A stretch of DNA of 64,000 nucleotides from the human T2T-CHM13v2.0 reference genome, Homo sapiens. The stretch lies in the NCBI RefSeq assembly GCF_009914755.1, contig NC_060931.1; one strand, given 5' to 3'. Position 1 is the first letter of the stretch. Each line of letters begins with the position of its first letter. Both the position numbers and the translations under genes were made by a program. The notes beneath the pieces are model-generated. The model saw nothing but the letters and a program-made list of their open reading frames with translations, made no database searches and was not told the DNA's origin. This document shows, piece after piece, positions 16,201-30,129 of the stretch.

Positions 16201-17679
16201 CCACAGTATAAACATGCTTACAGTTTTGACACACAGATTTGAAGTGGTTACATATATTTTTGATATATTTTGAAATTTTGGGAAAATTTGTATTCCAAGT
16301 TGTGCTCAAAATGTGATTTCATTGAGGTCTTTTCATGTACACTACATAAATTTTGAACAATTAACACTTACATAAAATGCTATCACACTGTTACTAAAGG
16401 TCTATCATTAGAAGTGTTTAGCAGCCTTTGTGGTACAAATAACCATCCAAGAGTGACTTGTTGAGAAGGAGCTAGGGGCCATTTGAGTCATCTAGAGCCA
16501 TAGTCGGCTTCTTTCCCTGAAAGAAATGGTTCTGCAAATTCAACATGCATTCTGAATTCTTGCTCACTAACTATGGAATAATTAATGCTACAGGCTGTTA
16601 TGCCAGATAGTGTGATCTTGCCACACTCTCTTACCCTCTTTTCAACATTAGAGTCAGTTTCAAACCACCAGACTTAGTCTTTCCGTCCATGCCTTTTGTG
16701 CTAACATTCCTGAATGTGCTCCCTGTAGTGTGACCGAGATAACATGGCAACTGCAGCTTGTGGAGCAACAATGCAATTTCCCCATAAAAGGCGCCCTGTG
16801 TGGGTAGATAACTCATCTTGACATCTTGTGAATGACTTGAATTTTCCAGGCGTCCCTCCTTTACTCACCCAAACTCCATTTAAGAGTGTTGGTCCAAGTG
16901 AGAGTTTCTGCAGTTAATTGTGGAATGTGATCAGCTTGAATAGACCAGCCAGGGAGGTCTGATAACCACTACAACCGCCATTCTGCAAGCAGAAACCCCC
17001 AGTTTAAGATACAAGAGTTGGAATGACAGAGTGATAAAATTGGTGTGTCTAGAATGCTGTCAGTAATTATCAGCTTAGGAGTAAGTTTGGTTAAGGTCAA
17101 GTTTTAAAAATTTCCTTCCCTCAAAATTTAGCCTGACCTCCCAAGGTTATCGATTAACTAAAGGATGATGGATACAGGTGCTGCTTAACTTCAATGATAA
17201 AAGTCTCTGGTAGTTGCTGTAGAAATAAAACTTAAAGGTGTATTTGCAGGATTCATTGACATGGTGCAATAGCTATGGACAACTGGCCTGAAGTCCTTAT
17301 GGGATTCAGTATTAACATTCTTTGGTATTTTTTTCCCCTTTCAGAAAAACATTTGTATTTTTTAACTGAACTAGTATAGTTGTTAAAGTCAGACAAAATA
17401 ATATCAGTTTACCCTTTTGCACCCTTTCAGGTTGTTATATACTACCTTAAAATAACTGACAACTTTGGGCAATCAAGGTGTTTTTAACCACTGATTCCTT
17501 ATGATGTGAAAGGTCTTTTTGTCTGAGAACAGTTTGCACATTTTCTTTCTCTTGTCTATGAAACATTTAACTTCTCCATAAAGGTTAGGTTTGGAGAAGC
17601 TAATCCACAATAGAGCTATACTAAAGAAAGACTCGCTGTCAACGTGATTGGCTCTACTTGTGCTTCTCATGGGGTAGCT

Positions 17680-18090
17680 GTGATTCTTATATGGCTACTG
17701 AGCACTTGAAATGTGGCAGCTAAGGAACTGACTTTTTATTGTAATGAATTGCAATTGATTTAAATCCAAAAATTGATATTTGATTCAGTAATTGGAAAAC
17801 ATTGCGTGTTTGAAACAACTTGGGTGAGTGAATCTACCTTTGCCCCTGCATATTGTATGAAACGCAAATACAGATGTAGCATTTTCAGATGAAAAATCCA
17901 AATTGAGCTATGCTGTAAATATAAAATACATACCTGGTTTCAAAGACTTGCTGCAAATAAAATAATGCAAAAGATCTCACTTTTTATATTACTCACATGT
18001 TGAATGATAATATTTTGGGATATACTGGATTAAATATACATTAAAATTAATTTCACCTTTTTAAAATATGACTTAATGTGGCTGCTAGAT
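17680..18090. mobile_element. hAT-Charlie1/MER33-like DNA transposon relic
   Basis: atggctactgagcacttgaaatgtggc and ttaaaattaatttcacc...aatgtggctgctaga motifs. Confidence 0.7.
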
Positions 18091-19826
18091 GGTTGTAGCT
18101 GTGGAAATTGAAGCCACAATGCATTCTGTAAAATGACAAGATACATATACTCAGGAATGCTTAATGTTTGCATGAAGAAATGCCCTTCAAGGACATCTGC
18201 ACCAATCTACACACAAGGAAATCTGCCAACTTGTCTTTGGAGAAATCCCCTAAATTACAGCGATGAGACAGATGGCACTCAACTGATACCTCTAATAGAC
18301 TGTAAATATTGGCATTCAAAAAGGTGCTTGTGAGAAATGAGCTTTATATTAGGTGATAAAAAGCACCACTGGATCTTAAAGGAGCAAATATCTAGACCCC
18401 ACATTCCCACAAGCACAGTGTGTTTTTATGCAGAGCTTCCATTTGGTTATCTTCCTGATAGAGTAAAAGTGTCTCAGCATATGAATTTTAAGAGGATGGA
18501 GCTCAATAATCATTCATAGTATGCCAAAACCTTCAGTGACAGGAGGATATTCTTCTTTGGAAAATTAATAGGAAAAAGACTCAATACGTACATGGTAAGT
18601 TGAGGGCGTGTAAGAATGAATGAGTTTTAGTTAAAATGAAATCCATAAAAAAATTCTAACTTACCTAAAGGAAGTAGAAAGCTGGAAAGATAAGACGTAT
18701 CTAATGTGGAGGAAGTGGTTGCTCCTGAGTTTAAGCTGGGGCTGAAGAAGGAATGAGAAAGAAGGAGCAAAAGGACACAGAAAAGGGGTCATGGTTTTGA
18801 CCATCTTGCCATTGGCTCTATTTACCTGCAGCTGAGGAGGAAGGAATAGAAGCTGCTCATGAAAGTGTAGTCTGTCACAGAAAGTACAGTGTAAGAGCAA
18901 CTCTGCTTGGCATGACTTATGAATATGTAATATTTTAAATGGATACCTTAATATAAAGGCAGCCTGATTCACCTAGAGGTTCAGGTATTTAGGTGTATGA
19001 CAAGAAAATAGAGAATCTACTTTCAGAATAAATGCCATAAATTATATATCCCATGGAGATTATCCTTGATTATCTTCTCAAAATGATGAATATGTGGTTA
19101 ACCACAAACTGTACAACAATATGCACAATTTTTTCTTCATTTTGCATATGTGTTGCCACTGCATTGTATTCTATTGTAGCCCCTTTGGAATTCTCTCCAT
19201 AGCCAATGTATAAGTTGTACAACAACATTAAGGTTATTATAATGTGAGATTAAAGTAAAATATCACTTCAATGTTATGAGTTCCAAAAATTAAATGTTAT
19301 AAATGTGGGGTCCTGCCAGCGAGGAGTTTCTAGGCCCTTCTGTGGAATCTGAAATTGTTGTGGTTTCAGCCTTGCTTTGATGTCACTTGATGAAGGTTGT
19401 TCAGTTCCAGCTTGAACTCAGTGGGTAGAGCTTCCAGCTATAACAGATTAGCTTTTCACAGAGTACTGTTCTTTCTGGAAACAACTAGAAAAGCTGGATA
19501 AAATATTTAACTGAATCTGTTTAAATGCACTGAAGAGCATTTAAAGAGTATTGAAGAATAAGTGTGCCAGGGGCTACGATAGCAGCAGTTTGGTGCTGCT
19601 TTTCTCCTCGAGACATTTGATAATTCATAGATGTGGCCAACGGCATGAGAAGCTGATCAGAGCTTTCAAGAGGCTCGTGGAACTTGAAAGAAGGAGAGAA
19701 ATAAAATAAAACTGGAACTCAGGCCCCATTAAGGAGGATATATACAGAGAATCAAACAATAATAACAAATGGTTCTAAGGTGGATTGGATAGAAATTTGC
19801 CAGGGTAGGGGGAGGAGGAATCTACT

Positions 19827-19931
19827 ATATCTAAAAATCAGATATCTAAATCAGATATCTAAAAATCAGATATCTAAATCAGATATCTAAAAATCAGATA
19901 TCTAAATCAGATATCTAAAAATTAGATATCT
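19827..19931. repeat. Tandem repeat with 28-bp unit ATATCTAAAAATCAG-ATATCTAAATCAG, about 3.7 copies
   Basis: Three perfect 28-mers (19827-19910) plus a partial copy with one mismatch. Confidence 0.97.
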
Positions 19932-21546
19932 ACCATATCTAAGAATCAATTCCAGATGGATGTAGATCTAAATGTGAAAGGTGAAACAAACGATATACAA
20001 CATGTGAGGAAGGATATCTTCATAATCTTGCACTAAGCAAAATCTTCTTAAATTGGACACTGAAGTCCTAACTATAAACAAAAAAATGGATAAATTTGAC
20101 TATGTTAAAATTTTAAAACTTTAGCTTATCAAAAGATGCTCTTAAGAGAATAACAATGCAAGCTGCAAAGTGGGAAAAGGTGTTGGCAATGCAAACAAAA
20201 GACTCATATATGGAATATATAAAGAACTCCAACAAAAAAACAAAGGCAGATTATCTAATATAAAAGTGGGCAGAATACTTAGTTCACAAAAAAAAGATGG
20301 AATGGCTAGTAAACATAAGAAAGGTTGCTCAATTTCAGAAGTCATCAGGGAAATGTAAACCAAAACCACAACAAGATGAGATAACAGGATGGTCAAGATG
20401 AAATAACAGGAACTGGATTTACCTTCTTGCCTGAAACAATGAAAAATTTCAACAAAATATATGAAAAACAGCAGCTTTCTAGACGCTGGACATCAGGCAG
20501 TGGGGATTCATGACAGATGAGGAACAGGGATTTATCACAGGTGAGGAACAAATGGAGTGAGCACTATGATTGTCTCAGTTTTCTGTCCTGAGAGAGTTTC
20601 CAGGCCATAGCACATGAAGGGAAACCCAGACAGAGTCCAAAGTGGCTATACTTTGCAGAACTGAGTACCACAGAGGAAAGAGTTGTACAAAGAGAACTCC
20701 AGAGACTTCTGGAGAGTATTAGGCAGAGTGCTGAATAGTGCACTACATGTGAGGAAACTACCCAGGCCTGGGGAAAGAACTATCAGGTGCCCAGTGAGCT
20801 CCAACAGGGCAAGAAATAATGGCTGCTTCTACCAACTAGACTTGAAGCCCTTATAATTTATAGGTAGAATACTGACAGGGTCTTTCCTGGTAGCGGGGAA
20901 TAAATAGCCCTAGATTAGACACTGCTCTAGTCCCACCAAACAAGTCTTAAATAGCAATATCCAAAAGGATCAAACCTTTTCCAAGTAATTTATGCCAGGA
21001 AAAAAATCTCAAAAGTATGGGAGTGAAAATATATTCATTTTTAAGCAGCGTAAAGTTCACAATGTCTGGCATTGCATTAAAGTTTACTGAGCATGTGAAG
21101 AAATAGGAATATTCAACCCATGAAAAAAGAGACAAATCAAAACTGACCCAGAACTGACACAGATGATAGACTTAGCCAATAAGATATTAAAAGTAATTAT
21201 ATGTGTATTTCATGTGTTCAAAAAGTTAAGTGAGACCTGGAAAATATCAGAGAGCTTAATATGTGTGCTAGGACTTCCCAAAGTGCGGAACAAGAAGAAA
21301 GATAGAAAATATTTGAAAAACAACAGCCAAAAGTTCTCCAAATTGATGAAAAGTACAAAAGTGTAAATTCACAGACTTAAGAAATTTAATGAGCCCAAAC
21401 ACAAAAAAAGAAAGAAAACTACACCAAATTGCTCAGATTGGTCAAAACAATATAGAAGTCTCAAAATCATCCATAAAGCCATATTTTATACAAATGAACA
21501 AACATAAGGATGACAACAGACTTCACATTGGAAACAAAGCAAGTAA

Positions 21547-21883
<337 letters not shown>

Positions 21884-22404
21884 ACAGTGGAGTAGCAGTT
21901 TCAATGTACTGAAAGAAAAAAAACACCTGTAACTCTAAAATTTTATACCCAGTAAAAATACCTTTTTAAAAAAGGATAGCAAAATAAAGATGTTTTAACA
22001 CATTCAAAAACTCTTAAGATTTCATCACCACCAGACTGGCACTACAAGAAATGTTAGAGAAAGTTCTTCAAGCAAAAGGAAGATGACACTAGATGGAAAT
22101 TTGGATCTATACCAAAAAATTATGAACACTGAAATGTCAACTGTATGGAACTAGAAAAAATTGGAGCATTAGCCAATCATTAGAAGATGGAATGGTACCA
22201 AAAACATAGAAACATTGAAATAATATATATGTAAGTTTAAATACTGGTGCTGTTGATTATAATAACTGGCTATGTTATTGCTTAACCTTTCTGAACCTCA
22301 ATATCCTTATATACCAAATGCAGAAAGCAGTAGGTATTGTCTGTTTGGCTTCTAAGTAACAGGCAAAACAAAGTGCATAAAGAACCAATAAAAGTACGTA
22401 ACGT

Positions 22405-22858
22405 ACAATAATGTAAAATTGGCCACAAATTCTTTCCCTTCCTGTATCCATGCCCTTTCAATGTGATGTGGCCGTATTGATCAAGGCTAGAAACTAGTTC
22501 TCCATTTGGGTTGCCATATGACTTGTTTTGGCCACTGTGTCATTAGCAAAAGCTTGAAAATTTTTTGTATATCATCACTTGCCCTTTTGCTGCTCTTTGA
22601 AAACCTGTAACCATCCCATCATGAATGGGTCAACCCTAGCCTGCTGGATAATGAGATGAACATGCCCATACCCAAGCTACCAGCTGAGCAACCATCACAC
22701 ACATGAGAGAAGCCACCGATCACCAGCAGGCTACAAATATGTGGGACAGCCCAGCTGGACTAGCTGAGGCAACCCAAAACCAACACACAGAATTGTGGCT
22801 GATGAAGAAGCCATTAAATCTTGGCGTGTTTTGTTATACTGCAAAGTTAATTAATATA
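22405..22858 (+). mobile_element. MLT1-type MaLR solo LTR
   Basis: aaattggccacaaattctt...ccattaaatcttggcgtgttttgttatactgcaa resembles the MLT1 LTR ends. Confidence 0.65.
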
Positions 22859-23239
22859 TGTTATGTATTTACATATTTATATATGTGTATGTGGATATAT
22901 ATTCATCAGTATCAAGGACTCTTTGTGCTACTGATTTAAAATAAAATATTTTACTTGAAATTTAAAAACAAAGCAAAGAATTGATTAAAACAAGTACTAA
23001 TCCAAGTTTTTGTTTTCTTTATTTCTTTAATTTTTTTCCCTTCCTGAATACCTTGATATTATTGTTTTGACATCAGTGAGTTTGGGAAGATTGGTGAAAA
23101 CATCATAAGTTAATGTGTTTCTCTTTACTTAAAATACTCTGCCTAGTAAAGTATTCATTTTCCCTTCTCTTTTTAATTTGTGTAGATATTTCCTAAATTG
23201 TTGATATGATTTGGGATTCAAAAAACACATATACTTGCT

Positions 23240-24250
23240 CATACAATGAGATATCAAGATCAAACCCACCAAAGGCTAAAATTAAAACTCACTAAACAAT
23301 GGAAAGGATGTGGAGTAATGGGAATGTTCATATCTAGCCACCAGTATTATAAGTTAGTACAACTACTTGGGAAAACTGTTTAACAGCATTTTCTAAATAG
23401 GAATATATCATACATTTTTATCTAGCAGTTCACCTTTTCAGTGTACACTCAGCAGAAATACATAGATGGACCAAAAGAAGTACACAAGAATTTTCATAGC
23501 CACTTTATTTATAATAGTCCAAAATGGGAAACAATTTAAATGTCCCTTAACAGTGGGATGGCTAAATATATTTATATATTGTATTGTCTTTATACAATGG
23601 AATACCACATAGCAATAAAAATGAAGAAAACCTAGTGGTATACCAAATAACATGAATAAATTCAAGTGACATAATATCGAACTATAGGAGGCAGATGCAA
23701 AAGAGTACGTACTATGTGAATTCACTTCTATAAAGATAATGTCCCTTTTTAGAGAAATAGTAACTGGCATGCACCATGAGGAGTCTTACGGGTGCTGGTA
23801 TCCTACTCTTTTTTTTTTTTTTTTCTGTAGATGGAGTCTCACTCTGTCACCCATGCTGGAGTGCTGGAGTGCAGTAGTGCAATCTGGACTCACTGCAACC
23901 TCCACCTCCTGGGTTCAAGCAATTCTTAAGCCTCAGCCACCTGAGTAGCTGGGATTATAGGTGTGCACCACCGTGGCCAGCTAATTTTTGTATTTTTAGT
24001 AGAGATGGGGTTTTGCCTTGTTGGCCAGGCTGGTCTCAAACTTCTGGCCTCAGGTGATCTGCCTGCATTGCCTCCCAAAGTGCTGGGATTACACACGTGA
24101 GCCCCCATGCCCAGCGACTATTCTATTCCTTAATCTTGTGGTAAGCACAAGAGTTGTGCTTACTTTGTTAAAATTTATTAAGTTGTACACACATGATTTT
24201 TTCCCATTTTTCTGCATATATGTATTGCAATTTCCAAAAGTTTATTTTAA
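23240..24250 (+). mobile_element. L1ME-like 3' fragment interrupted by an Alu
   Basis: ttcatagccactttatttataatagtccaaaatgggaaacaatttaaatgtcc matches the old L1 ORF2 end/3'UTR. Confidence 0.7.
23809..24116 (-). mobile_element. AluS
   Basis: Antisense Alu dimer; carries an 8-bp internal duplication (ctggagtg x2). Confidence 0.92.
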
Positions 24251-24682
24251 AAAAAACCCAGCATTTGTGTTGTGAACACATTTACATAAAATTATACAAT
24301 TTATGCATGTAAACATTTTATGAAAGAAACACCAAATCAACCTTATATGCACTGATATACGGATATGTTTAAGTTACAGTAATAAGTGAGAAATCAAATT
24401 ACAAAATATTATACTGTGATTTTATTTTTGGCAAAAGCAAATCTGGATTATGTAAGTAATTGCATGTTCATTATTGAACGTTTGACAAATATAGAAATAC
24501 ATTAAAAAGTTGAGATTAATATACTCATTGCTATTTTTGAGTTACTATAGTTTTTTAAATGTGTCTGTGTTTGTGAGTTATAACATATATACTTAATCAA
24601 AATTGTAATATTCCTCTACAATTTGATGTTTCATAGCTGTAAGAGGTTTCATTTTATGAATGTGCCATACTGATTTAACTAG

Positions 24683-25104
<422 letters not shown>

Positions 25105-25502
25105 TAAAAAAAAAAAAAAAACACATGCAACTATTTACTGTTTTGACACATTGACTTAAGTTTTTACACATGTAAAAATCATGGACTCACTTTATCTCAT
25201 TCTAGAGAATATCATCCACAAAAGACCAGGGCTGCCCATATTTTGGTCATGATTTATATTCTTACAAATATTATTATGAATATTGTCATTATGAATAAAT
25301 TAGTTAATGAAAACATATGAATGAGTCCTGAGGTGCTCACCAGGCAGGAGTGGCACTAGGCTTTGTGTATATTTTATCCCATTAATAAGCGGCAGCAGCA
25401 TCTTTAGGTAGGTAGGGCAAATACGAACTTAGATATAGGCAGAAAGCAAGCGGTATGGTTTGAGAATATAATTGTAAGCTGCCGTAATTTCATCTTTCTT
25501 CC

Positions 25503-25668
25503 TTTTTTATTTTTTATTTATTTATTTTTTTTGAGACAGAGTCTCGCTCTGTCGCCCAGGCTGGAGTGCAGTGGCGCGATCTCAGCTCACTGCAACCTCC
25601 GCCCCTCCAGGTTTAAGCAATTCTCTGCCTCAGCCTCCGGAGTAGCTGGAATTATAGGCGCGTGCCAC
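25503..25668 (-). mobile_element. 5'-truncated Alu (right arm only)
   Basis: T-rich tail, then gagacagagtctcgctctgtcgcccagg to ggcgcgtgccac; left arm absent. Confidence 0.9.
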
Positions 25669-25817
25669 TTTTCCCTTTGTTTTCTAAGTGAACAGTAGCT
25701 GTGAGTCATGACGGTAGATCAACTGATCACTGTATGCATTTTAAATTATAAAATTAGCTAGTGATTAGGTATTTTCAGTTTACTTACAATTAGATAAATG
25801 TAAGTTCTTTTATTTCA

Positions 25818-26877
25818 TAAGAGGTTCTCCCTGTGCAGAGTTCTGATATTTATGAATTTCAGTCACTAAGGTTTGGTTAAATAACGCCAGTGCCCTGGCA
25901 ACATGGTTCAAATTTCAGCTACTATGGTAAATTAACTCTTGAGTGATTGCATAAAGCACATAGTTGATTACTAACTCTCCAGCCCACAAAAATCACTGCC
26001 TAAGTAACAGATGTGCATCATCATCAGTGACAGTCATGTCACATCTTTCTAATTCTGTCAGTGATTAGCCACTGTGCTGCTTTTACTCACTTCACACACA
26101 GACAGCTAAGCTTGTAGTTCTATGATGAACCTACATGACATTTGTCATTAGTTAATGGACAGAAGGAAATAGTAACAAAGTTGGAAGTGTAGCAAAGAAA
26201 TGAAAATTGATAATGCTAGAAGCAAAAATGGAATCAAACATAGATGGGAGTCACAGAAGAGAGAGCTGACGGACAGTGATGACCAGACACCACCAGAGAG
26301 AGTGATATGCAGCCAGGGGAACTTAGTGAAGATAAACTTGGGAACATAAACGACAACAGTGGTTTTGACAAAAAGAATGAAGATGTACCAGAGGAAGTGA
26401 TGCCAGGAAAAACAAACATATTAAATAAAACAAACCTCCCAAACAACAAAAACTGACTTCACATTGAAGAGAATTACAATAAATTTCATGACATTGAATG
26501 CTTGAAAGGTAAAATGTTGATGGCCGGATATAAATTCAAAGGGAGTATGAGTTTGTCAAGGCAGAGAAAAGATGCTCGTTCTGTACCTTAAGTAGTAAGA
26601 TGAGAAGGAGGCAATGCTATTCATATAACTTAAGTTTTCTGCAACGAAGACTGTTTAGTGTTTTAAAATGCAGTTGACAAAATATTAGTTTATGGATTTT
26701 TTTGATCTCCCTGTATATAACCAACAGTGAGAAGCTTTAATGTTTTGACACAAATTTGTAAAGGTCATTGTCCCATCGTAGGTTTCTCCCATTGATCATT
26801 CAGATTGCATAACGTGATTTCAACTGGTGTGGTCATTTTTATGATTTTGTACTATTCTGCAAAGTCAGGACTACCTG
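25818..26877. mobile_element. TcMar-Tigger family DNA transposon relic
   Basis: Ends in ggactacctg followed by TA (Tigger-type TIR and target site); the interior has an acidic transposase-tail-like stretch (gaagatgtaccagaggaagtg). Subfamily not assigned. Confidence 0.65.
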
Positions 26878-27015
26878 TATTCAATTTTTGTACTAATCTT
26901 TTAGAAACCTACTCAAAATACATGGTGAGTTATTGGTTCTTTTTAAAAAATGATTTGAGGTGCTCATATCCTTTCTCTATCAAAAGAGGGGCCTACGAAG
27001 TATTAGTTTTTTTTA

Positions 27016-27348
<333 letters not shown>

Positions 27349-28224
27349 TGAAAGGCCTTTCCGAACAGCTCACTGGGAAGAAGGAATTTTAATTTTGGGT
27401 TAACAAATACGAAGCAATCTCATTAAAAATAGAACAAATCTGAGGGCAACAGGGGCCACACGAGTTAAAAAAATAGTCTTGTTCCCTCAGAAAGTTTAAA
27501 TAGAAGACAGTATGAAAACATCTAACGTCAACTATGCCATGTATAAGAAATAGGAGAACTCTGCCTAAGATTTGTGTTTCCTGGTCATTGAGTTACTATA
27601 GAGCTAGAAGTTCTTGAAATTATTTTCTCACCCAAGCCGTAATGTGTGAGGGTGTCTGATGGCTGAAGGCTCATTTATCCAAAGGCTTTTCAGTTGAATA
27701 TTATCTAGGCCCATTACACAGTAGAAGCCATTCAACATCTGTGTACTTCCTGGCCACTTCAGCTGGGAGAGTGAATTATGAGATTAGTGGAGATTTTCTC
27801 TATATTAATATCCTCTGGGTAATGTACAGGGATGGAGGAGAATAGAACCCAAGCTGTGATCAGGCAGCTACCGCTCTATCTGTGTTTAAAGTAAGCGAGA
27901 GTCTCAAAAACTCATCTATTTGAAACTCGGAGGACTTCTTGCTGTGATTTTCTTTGATACTAAAACTGCATGTACAGCAAAAATGAAAAGGCTGAAAGCT
28001 TTAAAGATTAAATCACCCTAAGGAAGTTCCTTACCAATATTGGTGTTGGTCTTGTCATGCAGAAAATTTAGGCAGGTTGCTATTGTTTCTAGAAGTTGCT
28101 GTGGTATACTTCTCATGTCCAGTTAAACTGCACTTCAAGAAAAGTTTGTTACAGCAGTGGCGCCTGTATGCTTGGAAATGTTTTGTATTGCTTCACCCTA
28201 TCTTCTGGTTATCAGCAGCTCATA

Positions 28225-28825
28225 TTTATTTTTTTCTGTTGAGGTAAAATTTAACATTAAATTAACTGTTTTAAGTATGCAATTCAATAGCATTTTGTAC
28301 ATTCACAACCACCTTTTATCTAATTCCAAAACATTTTCATCAAGCCGAAAGTAAAACCCCCTATCCATTAAGCAGTACCTTCTCATACCCCTCCCTCCAG
28401 CCCCTAGCAGCCGCCAATCTGCTGTCTGTATCTATGGATTTATCTCTTGTGGATATTTCATATAAATGGGATAATACAAGATACGACGTGTGGTATATTG
28501 TGACTAGTTTCTTTCATTTAGCTTACATTTTCAAGATTCATCCAAGTTGTAGCATGTATCAGTAATATTCCTTTTAATGACTGAACAATATTCCGTTGTA
28601 TGGATATACCACATTTTGTTTATCCATTCATCATTTGATGGACATTTAGGTTGTTTCCGCCTTTTGGCTATTGTGAATAATGCTTCGATGAACAGAGATG
28701 TACAAATACCTGTTTGAGTTCCTATTTTCAACTCTGTAGGTATATACCTAGGAGAGGAGTTGCTGGATCATTGCTAATTCTATGTTTAAGTTTTTGAGGA
28801 ACCACAAAACTGTTTTCCACTTAGC
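28225..28825 (-). mobile_element. L1MB-like 3' fragment
   Basis: Minus ORF ALFTIAKRRKQPKCPSNDEWINKMWYIHTTEY is the L1 ORF2 C-terminus. Confidence 0.88.
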
Positions 28826-29344
28826 GGCTTTTATTTGCACCGTGAATAACAAGGGAACATGTATTCCCATTTCTGATACTTCTTCTGGGCCGCCCCTGCC
28901 CTTTACTCAGTCTACCTCAAGAGAGATGATAGAGTAACTTCCCTGATTAATAAAGTCTGTTCTCTTTTTGTCTCCTTGGGTGTGAATTTACCTACACAAC
29001 ACATGTCATTCTCTCCTTTCCTCCATGACAAAAACACAGGGCAGTGCTCCCCAGAGGAGGATTGTTCCGGTCTGTGCTAACATAACAAGATGAATAAGTG
29101 TTGTTCATTCTGGGGTTGCGGTTGGAGGCCAGATAGATTTTGTTCTTCAAACTGACTTCTGCAAAATAAATGCTAATGTTTTGTCTTTGATCTGATCTTT
29201 GTTGTTGTTGGTTGTCCCCCCCCACCCCCAAATTGTCTGGAGCCTGCATAGAGTTCAATGTGCTATTTACTGGTTTTGTATTGGAGAACGCAAAACTTAG
29301 GATGTAAGAGGTTATGACACCAGAAGAACTTGATCTTTATAGAT

Positions 29345-29535
29345 GTGGCCTGGAATTATAGATTCATTGTCTAACTGTCCACTTACTTTTAGTTATGTCA
29401 ACTTGGAGAATTTACCTAATATTTTAGTTTTAATTTCCTCATCAATGAAAAGGGAGAAATTCTACTCATCTTTCTTATGTACCAAGGATACTGTGGGGCT
29501 CACCAAAGTATCAAGGCAAGTGCGTGTTAACAGAT
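29345..29535. mobile_element. MIR
   Basis: aacttggagaatttacctaa...ttttaatttcctcatcaatgaaaaggg MIR core. Confidence 0.6.
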
Positions 29536-29979
29536 AATCTCCCCCAAAAGTAAAATTCTTTCTAATTGACATTTTTCATTTCAGACATTTTAATAGCTTT
29601 TTCATAGTGTACACTAATGCTAGGAATCTGAATTTTTAAAACTTTACTACAGAAGCCCCAGTAGGATGCCTGTCTACAGGAATATGGTACAGATAGAGAA
29701 GTCAGTAAGCATCCAGTCATCAAGTAGAAAATAGGTCACTTTTCATGGTAAGCATTCATCAGCCAGTATGTGATGATTTGACCAGAGTGACTGGCCACTT
29801 CACCACCAAGATCCTTTCAAGCTCTCATATTTTAGAAGTGACTTTTATTTTGAGGGAAAACATTTTGAGACAACTCTAACTCCATAACGTTTCATGACTT
29901 CATATGGCATCATCTCTAGATTATCAGAATATACCTACAGTAAGAGATGTTCTTATCTTTTCTAATATTCTCATTTTAG

Positions 29980-30129
29980 GTAACATGTCACCTTGCCAAA
30001 CTTTTCGACAGCATTGCAGATCTGCAGTTTGAAGACAATCAGGATGTTTCTGCACACAGGGCAGTTGGAATGTACAGCAAAGAAAAGGAGTATGTCCCAT
30101 TCCAAGCCGAGTGTGAATGTGTGGGCCAT
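29980..30129 (+). CDS. DNAH11: Dynein heavy chain coding exon D (150 nt, phase 0/0); not in ORF track
   Basis: Acceptor ttctcattttag|GTA, donor CAT|gtaaga. Hand translation [50 protein letters not shown] fits the dynein linker (HLxKLFD, MYSKExEYV). Confidence 0.93.

Noticed and set aside
19827-19931. Short palindromic direct repeats superficially like a CRISPR array
   Set aside because: No unique spacers, units are contiguous, no cas genes, and the context is a primate intron.
25890-25902. X-box-like GTGCCCTGGCAAC
   Set aside because: Imperfect, lies inside a Tigger relic, and has no supporting motif cluster.
28150-28167. CTCF-like acagcagtggcgcc
   Set aside because: One base short of the core spacing (CAGCAGRKGGCGC); weak match.
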